A stretch of 64,000 nucleotides of DNA from a virus, in IMG/VR virus record IMGVR_UViG_3300006735_000020, positions 1 through 64,000 of that record. One strand, given 5' to 3'. The notes under the pieces were generated by a model. It did not search any database. It saw nothing but the letters and a program-made list of their open reading frames with translations, and was not told the origin of the DNA. Position 1 is the stretch's first letter. Each line of letters starts with the position of its first letter. The translations under genes were made by a program, and so were the position numbers. Positions 1 to 9,948 of this stretch are shown here, piece by piece.

Positions 1-1
1 A

Positions 2-814
2 ATACCTAATCTTCTTTTTGTTGGTAATCCTGGTACTGGTAAGACCACCCTTGCTAGAGTTATTGTTAACGATATTCTCGGATGTAATTACCTTTATATT
101 AATGCTTCTGATGAGTCTGGTATTGATACTATTCGACATAATATCACTAATTTTGCACAAACTAAGTCTTTTGATGGCGGGGTTAAGGTCGTTATTCTAG
201 ATGAGGCTGATGGTCTCACTTCACAGGCGCAAGCTGCTTTGCGTAATACTATGGAGACGTATGCTAAGTACTGTCGGTTTATCCTTACTGCAAATTACAA
301 ACATAAAATTATACCAGCTCTACAATCAAGATGTCAATCACTAACTATTAAACCTGTTGTTGAATTAGCAGTTAAAAGATGTTATAATATTCTTAAAGAT
401 GAAAATGTTAAAGTACCGGAAGAGCAAAAGAAGAAGTTTGTCCAACTTGTCAAGCGTCACTTCCCCGATTTACGGAAAACGATCAACGAGCTACAGAAGA
501 ACGTCATTGATTCAGAGTTGTGTATTACTAGCGTTGTTAGTGATAACGAGCTGCTCGAAGCCGTTTTCAAAAAAATAGCTTCTAAGCAATGTTTAGAAGC
601 AAGAAGGTATCTAATTGAAAACGAAGACAGATTTCAAGGTGATTATGATACTTTATTAAGTAACTATCTAAATTTTATCTACTCTGCTAATATCGATGAT
701 ATCAAAAAGAAAGAGATGATTGCTATTATTGCAGATCATCTCTATAAAAGTGCGTTTGTAGTAGATAAAGAGATTAACGCCTTTGCTTGTTTAGTTAACC
801 TAGAAAGAGTTTAA
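2..814 (+). CDS. gp44: Clamp loader AAA+ ATPase large subunit (5'-truncated by window edge)
   Basis: Frame is open from nt 2: Walker A GNPGTGKT, INASDESGID, Walker B ILDEAD, ALQSRC; RFC/gp44 signature. Confidence 0.93.
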   Translation: MPNLLFVGNPGTGKTTLARVIVNDILGCNYLYINASDESGIDTIRHNITNFAQTKSFDGGVKVVILDEADGLTSQAQAALRNTMETYAKYCRFILTANYKHKIIPALQSRCQSLTIKPVVELAVKRCYNILKDENVKVPEEQKKKFVQLVKRHFPDLRKTINELQKNVIDSELCITSVVSDNELLEAVFKKIASKQCLEARRYLIENEDRFQGDYDTLLSNYLNFIYSANIDDIKKKEMIAIIADHLYKSAFVVDKEINAFACLVNLERV

Positions 815-821
815 GCTCCTT

Positions 822-1412
822 TTATTTTAAGTCAGAAAGATACTGTTTTGTATATGTCGCAGCTTCTGGAGAAGGTGTAGCTGGCTCGCTTGGAATTACC
901 GTATTTTGTTTCGGTAAAGATCTTTCCGTTGGAGTGAGACCATGTGGCTCAGTACCACCTCTATCAGTTCTATTTGAAATTTGCTCTTCATCCTCAACAT
1001 ATTCTTCTGGTTTAATGTTTACCTTATCTTTTCTTCTTATAGCATCAGGAATAGGTAAGAGATTTGGAGCATATTGTACAGCGTGTCCGAGTAGACCGGG
1101 TACTGTAACATGGTATGAATATCTACCACCACCTTCATCTAGAGCGAGATTTAAATTTACATCTAAGGAAGACTGTTGCGAACTAGCAGGGTAACGAGTA
1201 GGTGATGTATCTTTAATACCGGTAACTCTAATATGAAGACCGGATTCTTTCATTTTAGTTAAAAGATCTTTTGTAGCTTTTGGAAGTTCTTTATAACAAT
1301 CAGTTGATTCATAGTCATCATTAAACTCAAAAACGTCACCAACGAGGAAGCCCCCACGCTCGTATCTTCTCATATAAGATTCATGCAAGTTTACAAACTT
1401 TTTATCTGCCAT
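822..1412 (-). CDS. Hypothetical late protein, possible head-internal protein (start revised to ATG 1412)
   Basis: TAAATA at 1418-1423 lies 5 nt before ATG; N-terminus MADKKFVNLHE resembles a capsid-targeting leader. Confidence 0.65.
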   Translation of the reverse strand: MADKKFVNLHESYMRRYERGGFLVGDVFEFNDDYESTDCYKELPKATKDLLTKMKESGLHIRVTGIKDTSPTRYPASSQQSSLDVNLNLALDEGGGRYSYHVTVPGLLGHAVQYAPNLLPIPDAIRRKDKVNIKPEEYVEDEEQISNRTDRGGTEPHGLTPTERSLPKQNTVIPSEPATPSPEAATYTKQYLSDLK

Positions 1413-1459
1413 AATATTATTTATGCAGACCTGCAAATAATCACACGGTATAGGGTAAC

Positions 1460-1726
1460 TTAATCTCTAAGAAATTCTGCTATAGTATGAAACGCTGTAA
1501 AAACGTCAGTATCGTCTTCTATAGCAAGACCTAGATCTTCTTCAATTTCGAAAGAGTGTGTTGTATATACGGACTTTTCATGAACAAATCGACCGTCTTT
1601 AATATACACCCGCCCTTCTCTAGGTTTAGGAAGATTTAAGGCTGCATAAACTTCTTCTTTAAGAGCAGATACTAGTTCTGACACTGTTATCTCTACATCT
1701 ACTTCGGTCTTTCCTTTAACACGCAT
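1460..1726 (-). CDS. Hypothetical protein
   Basis: 88-aa ORF preceded by GGAAC-N5-TATAAT-N6-ATG motif. Confidence 0.65.
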   Translation of the reverse strand: MRVKGKTEVDVEITVSELVSALKEEVYAALNLPKPREGRVYIKDGRFVHEKSVYTTHSFEIEEDLGLAIEDDTDVFTAFHTIAEFLRD

Positions 1727-1732
1727 ACTATA

Positions 1733-1748
1733 ATTATATTATAGTTCC
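1733..1748 (-). promoter_or_regulatory. GGAAC-N5-TATAAT promoter-like motif
   Basis: 1729-1748 is identical over 20 nt to 27399-27418; both sit 6 nt before an ATG. Confidence 0.6.
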
Positions 1749-1786
1749 TTAATTTCGATTTACCACTAAGGTATTAAATATTATAA

Positions 1787-2275
1787 ATGGCTCTAATTAA
1801 GATAAAGGACGTATCAATAGACAAAGGTGGCGAAGCAGCCTTAGAAGGAGGCTATCTTTACAAGGATCTCTTTTTAGACCTTGTACCTGAAGTATATTAT
1901 AATAAACAGCTTAAGAAAAATGTAATTTTAAAAGATGTTCAAGGGTCGTATGATTTACAAGCCATTAAAAATAGTATTATAAATATATTTTTAACTTCAC
2001 CTGGTCAAAAAATCTTAAATCCAGAATTTGGTTTAGATTTGAGAAGATATCTATTTGATCCTGTAAATAGCTCCACTGCTTATAAAATTAAATATGATAT
2101 TGATACCTTACTACCTTCACAAGAACCACGTATACAACTAGAAAATGTTAATGTAGATGCTATTACAGACGCACAAGAATATTATATTGAAATGCAAATA
2201 AACATTCCCTCATTAGATGCTTATGGGATAACTCTCAAATCATTATTAAATAGTAACGGATACTACGTATTATAG
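1787..2275 (+). CDS. gp25: Baseplate wedge subunit gp25-like
   Basis: AIKNSIINIFLTSPGQKILNPEFGLDLRRYLFDP and EPRI motifs; directly precedes gp6-like gene. Confidence 0.9.
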   Translation: MALIKIKDVSIDKGGEAALEGGYLYKDLFLDLVPEVYYNKQLKKNVILKDVQGSYDLQAIKNSIINIFLTSPGQKILNPEFGLDLRRYLFDPVNSSTAYKIKYDIDTLLPSQEPRIQLENVNVDAITDAQEYYIEMQINIPSLDAYGITLKSLLNSNGYYVL

Positions 2276-2277
2276 CC

Positions 2278-4122
2278 ATGCCAACTAACACAAACGAGAC
2301 ATCAAATAAGTTTTTAGATTTTAATCTTCCGCAGGACGCGTATGTTGCGTTTGATGCTGTAAGTTTAAAAGACTATATCATTAACCGGTTAGACGAGAAT
2401 CAAAAATTTACAGATCAAAACTACGAAGGTAGTAACTTAGCAGCAGTTATTGATATAATTGCTTATTCGTATCATGTTCTTCTATTCTACTTAAACAATA
2501 CAGCAGCTGAAGTAAATTTTGATCAAGCTACTCTATACGAGAACATGAATAAGATTGTTAAGTTGATTGGTTATAAACCAGCTGGTAAACAAACTTCAAT
2601 CGTGCCTATAAACGCCGTCGCATCTGCTTCACTACCTATAGGCAATTACACTATTCGTAAATATTCGTATTTTTTAGCTGATGGGGTACAGTATAATTTT
2701 AACAAAGATATATCTTTTAATAAATCAACTAATGGTGTAGAGACATTACAAAGTGTAAATGATGAAACAATATTATACCAAGGTACAATAAAAGAGTATC
2801 CAGATTACACTGCTCAAGGAGAAGAGTTTGAAATTCTACCTGTTGTGGTTGATAACATTGTTGATAGTAATAGTGATAAATTTATTGCTGATGGTACATT
2901 GAGCGTTTATGTTAAAGAAACGAGTAACAACACATATTATGAGTATGAAGTTATAGAAAGCTTATACCTTACAAAGTCAGTTGATAGAGTTTGTGAGTTG
3001 AGATTAAACGAATACGGTCACTACGAAGTAAAATTTGGAAATGGTGTGTTTGGTAAGAAGCTTGATGAGGGAGATATAGTATCAGTAAACTATATACAAT
3101 CTGATAATACCGCTGGTGTTATTAGTAAGAATATTATCAACGGTAATAAGCTGTTTGTTTATGACTCTACAAGACAGCGTGAATTGTTTCAAGACTTATA
3201 TCCAAACAAAGATGAAACTACCTTTTTAAATATTACTAATAGTCCAAAAATTACATTTAATAACCCACTCAACTCTTCTGCGCTATCTACAGAAGAAACA
3301 GTAGAGCAGATTAGACAAAATGCTCCAAAAATGTTTTCTTCGCAACTAAGATTGGTTACGGAGGGTGATTATCAATCATTTTTACAAAAAAATCTAGCCA
3401 ACATTGTCTCTAGTACAAAAGTTGTTAGTAATGATAGTTATATTAATGAATATATACAATATTTTTACGACATATGTGTCGATCCAAATAAAGTTAATAG
3501 AGTAATAATTAATCAAGTTAATTTCGCTGATTCATGTGACTTTAATAACATAAATGTTTTTGTCGTACCTAAATTTAAAATAACAGAGGATAAATCTTAC
3601 CCGCCTTTTTTGAGTAACTCGTTTAAAAATTATATTGTTACTCAAACGCAAGATAGAAAAATGTTATCGAATACTGTTGTACCGCGAGATCCTATTTACA
3701 TGGCTTTTGGATTAGGTATAGGCGATGCATCAGATTTAACATTGGATATACTTGATCAAACAAAATTATATGCTGTAAGAGAGACAAATAATAAAATTAA
3801 TAAGACAACTTTAAAGACAAGAATTGGTAGTTTGATTAAAAAGTTTTTTAATCCTGATGATAATGTGTTAGGTGGTAATTTAAAATTAATAAATCTTGCT
3901 AATGATATACTTTCTTTAGAGGGAATAAAACGAATCGAAACTAGGAATGAATCAACAGGAGAAATCTTTACCGGTGGTGTTTCGTTTTTATCATTCAATC
4001 CACAGTATCCAGATAGTGACATAGAATTAGTGAATCAAGATAAGACATTACCGTTTTTTAAGTTTCCATATTTATATTCGCCACTATCTGTAGCTGATCG
4101 CATTGTTATAACAGATGAGTAA
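2278..4122 (+). CDS. gp6: Baseplate wedge subunit gp6-like
   Basis: FTDQNYEGSNLAAVIDIIAY, YEVKFGNGVFGKKL, ETVEQIRQNAP...QLRLVTEGDY motifs. Confidence 0.88.
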   Translation: MPTNTNETSNKFLDFNLPQDAYVAFDAVSLKDYIINRLDENQKFTDQNYEGSNLAAVIDIIAYSYHVLLFYLNNTAAEVNFDQATLYENMNKIVKLIGYKPAGKQTSIVPINAVASASLPIGNYTIRKYSYFLADGVQYNFNKDISFNKSTNGVETLQSVNDETILYQGTIKEYPDYTAQGEEFEILPVVVDNIVDSNSDKFIADGTLSVYVKETSNNTYYEYEVIESLYLTKSVDRVCELRLNEYGHYEVKFGNGVFGKKLDEGDIVSVNYIQSDNTAGVISKNIINGNKLFVYDSTRQRELFQDLYPNKDETTFLNITNSPKITFNNPLNSSALSTEETVEQIRQNAPKMFSSQLRLVTEGDYQSFLQKNLANIVSSTKVVSNDSYINEYIQYFYDICVDPNKVNRVIINQVNFADSCDFNNINVFVVPKFKITEDKSYPPFLSNSFKNYIVTQTQDRKMLSNTVVPRDPIYMAFGLGIGDASDLTLDILDQTKLYAVRETNNKINKTTLKTRIGSLIKKFFNPDDNVLGGNLKLINLANDILSLEGIKRIETRNESTGEIFTGGVSFLSFNPQYPDSDIELVNQDKTLPFFKFPYLYSPLSVADRIVITDE

Positions 4123-6397
4123 TATACAAGTTAATTATGCAACCTTTGATGTAGAAGATTATAAGCGTGAAGCTAAATTATCTTCATACAATCTACCCTT
4201 TACACCGCTTACATTTAAAGCGCGTATACCTAGCTCTCTAGGCGGTGAAGCTGTAACTACACAATATAATACTCTTAAAGCAACCTTCGACTTTGGTGAT
4301 GGTACCTACGGTAACACACTAACAAGTATACACGCATACCAATATCCAGGCGTATACAATGTTCGAATGATTTTACGGGATTGTGATAACAATAGTATAT
4401 TAGCGTCATATAGTACTAATGTCACAATACATGATTATATTACTAATACTTTTACTTTAACAGCAGGTCCGACTAAATCTAATATATTAGAATTATCAGC
4501 AGGTGAATTTTCTAACCCAATAACAATTAATTCCCAGACGCCCTTTTATCAAGATTTTCAAGATATCTATTTTTCTGTATCAGGGTGTGATGTACCTAAC
4601 TTTTTTAATCTAAAACCAAATAAATTTAATAACCTTAGAGCATTTCACTCGTTTTATAAGAAAAACTACATTGACACGCTATCGGGATTTGAATATGAAG
4701 AGATAAAGAAAATGTCTTTATCATCTACAAACATATATATACGTTTAAGTGGAAACAATCATACATCAGGTAAAGGACCAACAGCTTTCTCTATAGTTAA
4801 CACTATTAGTTCACATATTTCAAGCTTTCACGCTGGTAGCTCTGGTAAAGATATATTTTATTTTAAAACTGACAAACAAAAACAACCCTATAGACCTATT
4901 AACATATCTCTCTTTAAAGATAGAGATAATATTTTTTCAGATACTACATCTGGGTTTAAGAATAACGATTATTCAAATAACTTTACTATTGCTCTCTCTT
5001 CTTTAGTTGGAACGGTTTCTTCGCAAACTATTAGTAGTATAGCAATCACATCAAATGGTATACCTGGTGAAGGTGACAGTGTCACAACTTTTGAAGTTTC
5101 ACCAGTTCAATTTAAAGGGTTAGGTATCCCGTTTATTTTATCACCAAAGAACACAGGTTATTATACAATGAAGTCGTTGTCAAGTAACACAACACCTACA
5201 TTCGAATTGTTATCTGGAACATCACCAGAAATTATACCTGGAGTCAGTGGTGTTGTTGTATCCACAACTCATTATGATATACAGAGTTTAAGTGGCGCGC
5301 CTTTATCTGCTTTTGATACAAGATTTTGGTATAGAGGTTTGTTAACATTTAATGACAAGACCTTAGCGACACTTTCTGGTAAACCATCTGTATTAACTTT
5401 AAGCGCCAAATGTTTATATGAAGATACTGCTACGAGCCCAACGTTAAAAAATACTGTAACTGGTTTTGCTCCATTTACCTGTTACCCTAAAAATTATTAT
5501 GAAGCTTATAAACAAAATGAAAATTTTGATTTTGAGCAAACAATAAAAGATTTAAGATTTCAAGAAATATTATTAGATAAAGATATACTATTTACGGATT
5601 TTATAGGTACTATATTTGGTAGTGTTAGTAGCGATTATACTGTTCTTGGTAAAAAGTTATGGTCAAAGATACAAAACTTTACATCAAATACTAATGATAT
5701 AGATTATTGTGATATAACATCTCTTATTAATTTAGCTAGTTTAACAGATGATGATGGTATAGTATTTGATAGAGCTTTGGCCCAGCAACCGGAGATGGTA
5801 GATAGGTTAATGAGTGTCTTAAGTGTTAACTATAATAAATTTAGAGGTACACAAAATAAATTTGATGAAAATTATAACCCTCAAGGACATACGACAAAAG
5901 CCACATATGGTAAAAATTTAGATGGGTTGTTAAATACATCAACATATGAAGTATCTGCCGGTACAGATATAGTAGCTTATGAAAAATTTAGTGAAACGTA
6001 TACAAGGTTAAATACATATCAACCTCTATGTGCACTAAGTGGTGGGTCTGGTGAGTTTGGCGCAGCATATTCACGTTCACGTAATACAAATACATATATG
6101 TTAAGTGATTTTAGTACAACCGTACCTACAGGATCTGCTATAACGAGTAGTGGCTCGTATTGGGGGTGGCCTTTAGTATTACCAACGTCGTATGATACAA
6201 CAGAAGTAGATAAATTTTATAAATTTTACAGTCTATCTGCTGGGTTTGATAATACTATAGAAGGAGGGTTAATTGATTATAAAAATGGCTTAACAACACT
6301 CGATTATAGTACACCACTCAGTTCACTAGAGGGTGATAACAATGTATTTGATGTTATGATTCGAAACTCCTTATTTAGTAGTCTATCTCTGTTCTAG
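4115..6397 (+). CDS. Virion structural protein with N-terminal PKD-like domain (baseplate region)
   Basis: FDFGDGT...HAYQYPGVYNV PKD-like motif; follows gp6. Confidence 0.65.
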   Translation: MSNIQVNYATFDVEDYKREAKLSSYNLPFTPLTFKARIPSSLGGEAVTTQYNTLKATFDFGDGTYGNTLTSIHAYQYPGVYNVRMILRDCDNNSILASYSTNVTIHDYITNTFTLTAGPTKSNILELSAGEFSNPITINSQTPFYQDFQDIYFSVSGCDVPNFFNLKPNKFNNLRAFHSFYKKNYIDTLSGFEYEEIKKMSLSSTNIYIRLSGNNHTSGKGPTAFSIVNTISSHISSFHAGSSGKDIFYFKTDKQKQPYRPINISLFKDRDNIFSDTTSGFKNNDYSNNFTIALSSLVGTVSSQTISSIAITSNGIPGEGDSVTTFEVSPVQFKGLGIPFILSPKNTGYYTMKSLSSNTTPTFELLSGTSPEIIPGVSGVVVSTTHYDIQSLSGAPLSAFDTRFWYRGLLTFNDKTLATLSGKPSVLTLSAKCLYEDTATSPTLKNTVTGFAPFTCYPKNYYEAYKQNENFDFEQTIKDLRFQEILLDKDILFTDFIGTIFGSVSSDYTVLGKKLWSKIQNFTSNTNDIDYCDITSLINLASLTDDDGIVFDRALAQQPEMVDRLMSVLSVNYNKFRGTQNKFDENYNPQGHTTKATYGKNLDGLLNTSTYEVSAGTDIVAYEKFSETYTRLNTYQPLCALSGGSGEFGAAYSRSRNTNTYMLSDFSTTVPTGSAITSSGSYWGWPLVLPTSYDTTEVDKFYKFYSLSAGFDNTIEGGLIDYKNGLTTLDYSTPLSSLEGDNNVFDVMIRNSLFSSLSLF

Positions 6398-6412
6398 AGA
6401 TAAATATGTTTA

Positions 6413-9406
6413 ATGGATACTATTGTTACAGGCTACCCTGAAGTAGATTTATCTATAACTAATCCTAATGTAAAGCGTGATGATGCATTAGATAGGTTTA
6501 CTCCATTTTCTTTTGTTCAGTTTATAGAAACTGTAACTGAGCAATATAATCCGGATACACTAACTGGATTTTATAATACGTATATTAGTAGATGGAATAC
6601 ACAAATTGAAGGTAAAGATAGTGATAATAAAGATATAATAATTGAACGATATCGTGACTTCTTAAAAGATATTACTTTAAATTTTTCTACTAATGCAGAG
6701 CGAAGATATCTTACACAGTTAGATTTTTCAGACGCGCATGATTTAGAAGTAGCGATGTCTTTTTACAGTAAAAAGATACGAAGTATTATATCATACTACA
6801 AAAGCAAAAGACAGAAGCTACATTACGCATCTACAAAAGCAAAAGTAAAAGGTAGTACATTAGGCGCAGAGCAGGCTGCTATAGATCTTATTTTAGAATT
6901 TTTAGAAAATCGAAGTACAGCTGCTAAGGACTACGATATAGATAAAATTAAAGAAAAGTTATCAATATCTATGACAGAGTATTTCGATAACTTCGCACAA
7001 TACTTTAATAGGGATCCTAACGCGTCATCTTATGGTGAAACTTTTAAAGGTTACGATCCTTTACAAACACCACGGGATAATATATTTTTATCAGATGATG
7101 AGTCTCTTATACAACAAGTTTTTGCTAATGTCGCGAGTGATTTAATTGAGCTTAAAGAAGCTCAGCAAACTTTAAATTTTAACATAAAAGAAGATTCATT
7201 ATTCAATAATAAAAGAAAGCTTACAGAAAAGTTTATGGGGGCTGACTTCTATTATATTGCAACAGATGACGATGGACATCCGGAGCTAGATGAAAACAAC
7301 AATATAAAAATGTTGTTTAAAGCTGAAAAACCATATGCTAATTTCTTAAATCAAGATTTTCCATCAACTGCGTCAGTTTTTTCTAATGATATAATTAGTA
7401 AGCGAGATCTAGGATTTTTTAGACCGCAAAATTCTGCAATTGTAGTTATCGAGGGTAAGAGATTACAATTTTTTACAAGAAAAAAATACCCACCAAATCA
7501 ATTATATATTTTTCCTGATCCTAGTTTATTTACAAATACAGAAAATGTTCTTACATTTATTATTGATACATCACGCGCCATTAATAACGCAAGTAAGGGT
7601 ATTGCAGTTAATCAGCCCAACACAGATAGAGACAGTACCGCTTTTATAGGTTATAATTCTGAAATGGGGCAGGATAGAAACTTAAATACTGATCTATCTT
7701 ATCTATTCGATGAAGGTTATATTTATGATGGTAAAAAGGATCTCATCGGTAATATATTTGGGTTAGTAAAGGACTCAAATTACTATAGAAATAATGTAAC
7801 ACTTGAAACGCGTAAACAGGTTAAGAGTCTGTTAATGAATGGTTATCAGTTTTTTGATGATCTATACGGTGAAGGATATAAATTTTCTTATAAAACAGCT
7901 GACTCGTCTACATTTTCTGAAACTATAAGATCCGGATTATCTACATTCACTAATGGGTTTACAGGTAGAGGGCCTGCTGACTTATTACCTGATACGCCTG
8001 GTAGCTGGACGAGCTTCCCAACTTCTGCTTATAATATATTTTACAGATATTTTAACCCATATCAAGGGCTAAAAGAGCCATCTAATTACTTAGAAGTTGA
8101 CTATAAGAGACCGGAGGGCTTAGTCATAGATGCAGATGTAAAGGAGGGAGCATATTTTGCCTTTTCAGATACAGAAGCTCTCGTAGACCCAACAAGTGCA
8201 ACTGATATAGGTGTGTCAAATGTTTCAGATTTAAGCTCCTACGCTACAAGCACTGCACAATTTTATTTTTCAGAACTAGCTGAAGCGGGTATCGGGTTGT
8301 TTAACTCAAATCCGCCGTACCCTGCTTCGTTTCCTAATAAGACTATCTTCACAGCGTTATGTGATCCAACTGATGCTTTTACTAAAAGTCTTGTAGGTAA
8401 CTTTAGTTACAATGTACGTTTATCTGGTGGGTCTGGAAACTCAGGGAATGATGTTAAAAATTATGACGGTGGGTTGTTTACAGATAATATAATATTCAAT
8501 TATTCACAAAATAGAGAGACATTTGATTATAATACTGACGTCTTTGCAAAGACGTCTATTGCAGATGTAACATCAGCGACTTCAAGATTTTTTAATAAGA
8601 GAGAGCATTTAGGTAAAATATATGTTAAAAATATAAACAAAGCGTGGAACGCGCCAGCGGTACAAGAGCTTACAGAAACACTACCATATCTCTCCACTAA
8701 ATATAACAAAGCGGTTTGTAATGAATTATCTACAGCTGTGGTTAATTTTGATATCTTCTATAATACACTTTTTATTGAGACAAGTAGTTATGTAGTTATT
8801 GAAAGAACTAACTATGACAAAGATACGTTTGAAACACCAAACACATTTACCAATTCTTTAACAATAAATACAAACTTTTTTGATAAAGCTAGTAATAGAT
8901 TAAAAGTTGAGGATAATGTTTTTTATTGTCGAATGGCGAGGCAGCAAGTAAATTATAAAGGTGATAATTTTTACCCAGAAATTTACAGATATAATTATAC
9001 AAAAGATAGTAGCGAACAAATATACCCAACAGCTGGTAACTCTGTTCTTTCGTCAGCAGCATATTTTGCATTAACGGCTGATGATTCTGTATACATTGAA
9101 TGTAGTCGCCCGCAACTAACCTATAGCAGTGATAATAATCAATTTAATCTCGCTGTAATCTTAAAGGATCAGAATAAAGGCCCAGTTTTATTAAATTATC
9201 TCTTTGAGTATGTTGATGACATTAAGTTTTTAAATACAGAGGCGTATGTATGTAATAATAGTAGATTTACCTTTAACTTTACTCAATCTGCAAAAAATAT
9301 ACGTAATTTAAATAATATTAATTTTGTACTATCGTCTATCGTACCTACACTTACAACAACATACGTTACCCCTTCACCTTTATCCGGAGCAGCTTTAATA
9401 CTATGA
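6413..9406 (+). CDS. Large virion structural protein (baseplate/tail region)
   Basis: 997-aa ORF, TAAATA late motif 6 nt upstream, gene context. Confidence 0.6.
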   Translation: MDTIVTGYPEVDLSITNPNVKRDDALDRFTPFSFVQFIETVTEQYNPDTLTGFYNTYISRWNTQIEGKDSDNKDIIIERYRDFLKDITLNFSTNAERRYLTQLDFSDAHDLEVAMSFYSKKIRSIISYYKSKRQKLHYASTKAKVKGSTLGAEQAAIDLILEFLENRSTAAKDYDIDKIKEKLSISMTEYFDNFAQYFNRDPNASSYGETFKGYDPLQTPRDNIFLSDDESLIQQVFANVASDLIELKEAQQTLNFNIKEDSLFNNKRKLTEKFMGADFYYIATDDDGHPELDENNNIKMLFKAEKPYANFLNQDFPSTASVFSNDIISKRDLGFFRPQNSAIVVIEGKRLQFFTRKKYPPNQLYIFPDPSLFTNTENVLTFIIDTSRAINNASKGIAVNQPNTDRDSTAFIGYNSEMGQDRNLNTDLSYLFDEGYIYDGKKDLIGNIFGLVKDSNYYRNNVTLETRKQVKSLLMNGYQFFDDLYGEGYKFSYKTADSSTFSETIRSGLSTFTNGFTGRGPADLLPDTPGSWTSFPTSAYNIFYRYFNPYQGLKEPSNYLEVDYKRPEGLVIDADVKEGAYFAFSDTEALVDPTSATDIGVSNVSDLSSYATSTAQFYFSELAEAGIGLFNSNPPYPASFPNKTIFTALCDPTDAFTKSLVGNFSYNVRLSGGSGNSGNDVKNYDGGLFTDNIIFNYSQNRETFDYNTDVFAKTSIADVTSATSRFFNKREHLGKIYVKNINKAWNAPAVQELTETLPYLSTKYNKAVCNELSTAVVNFDIFYNTLFIETSSYVVIERTNYDKDTFETPNTFTNSLTINTNFFDKASNRLKVEDNVFYCRMARQQVNYKGDNFYPEIYRYNYTKDSSEQIYPTAGNSVLSSAAYFALTADDSVYIECSRPQLTYSSDNNQFNLAVILKDQNKGPVLLNYLFEYVDDIKFLNTEAYVCNNSRFTFNFTQSAKNIRNLNNINFVLSSIVPTLTTTYVTPSPLSGAALIL

Positions 9407-9939
9407 ATACTTTTACTCTCTCTTTATCTACAACACAAGCTGGTGATTCTACACTCTATGAAACTATTGATCTTTTCGATGTTACTAGCTTTAATATAAA
9501 TTTGGTAGATATATTTACCGATACATTTCCAAATTATCTAGCAATTGATTGGGGCGACGGTACACCTGTACTAGAGCCCAATGTTACTATTTTTCGCGAC
9601 TATTTAAAGGATTCAATATATCCTGAAGTAAATAGAGGTATTGCACCAAAATATCTATCAGATCTATATAATCATATATACGAGCCGTCTAATTATGCGC
9701 TTAACAAGTCTGTAGTATTAAAAATTAATGTGGGGTATGTTACAGGTGAAACGACGCAATTAAGCGCACCTATAAATATACGAACGGGCGGTTATTATCA
9801 AACTGTTGAAGATATTGACTTAGTAGGGCTGGATCTCTTAAACAAAAGCTATAATAGCTCTAGATTTACATTTCTTACTAAAAAAGATAATTATATAGTT
9901 CAATTGGATAACGAATCTTATAAAGAAGACACAGCATAA
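9403..9939 (+). CDS. Structural protein with PKD-like motif
   Basis: IDWGDG motif; overlaps upstream stop by 4 nt. Confidence 0.55.
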   Translation: MNTFTLSLSTTQAGDSTLYETIDLFDVTSFNINLVDIFTDTFPNYLAIDWGDGTPVLEPNVTIFRDYLKDSIYPEVNRGIAPKYLSDLYNHIYEPSNYALNKSVVLKINVGYVTGETTQLSAPINIRTGGYYQTVEDIDLVGLDLLNKSYNSSRFTFLTKKDNYIVQLDNESYKEDTA

Positions 9940-9948
9940 ATATTGTTA

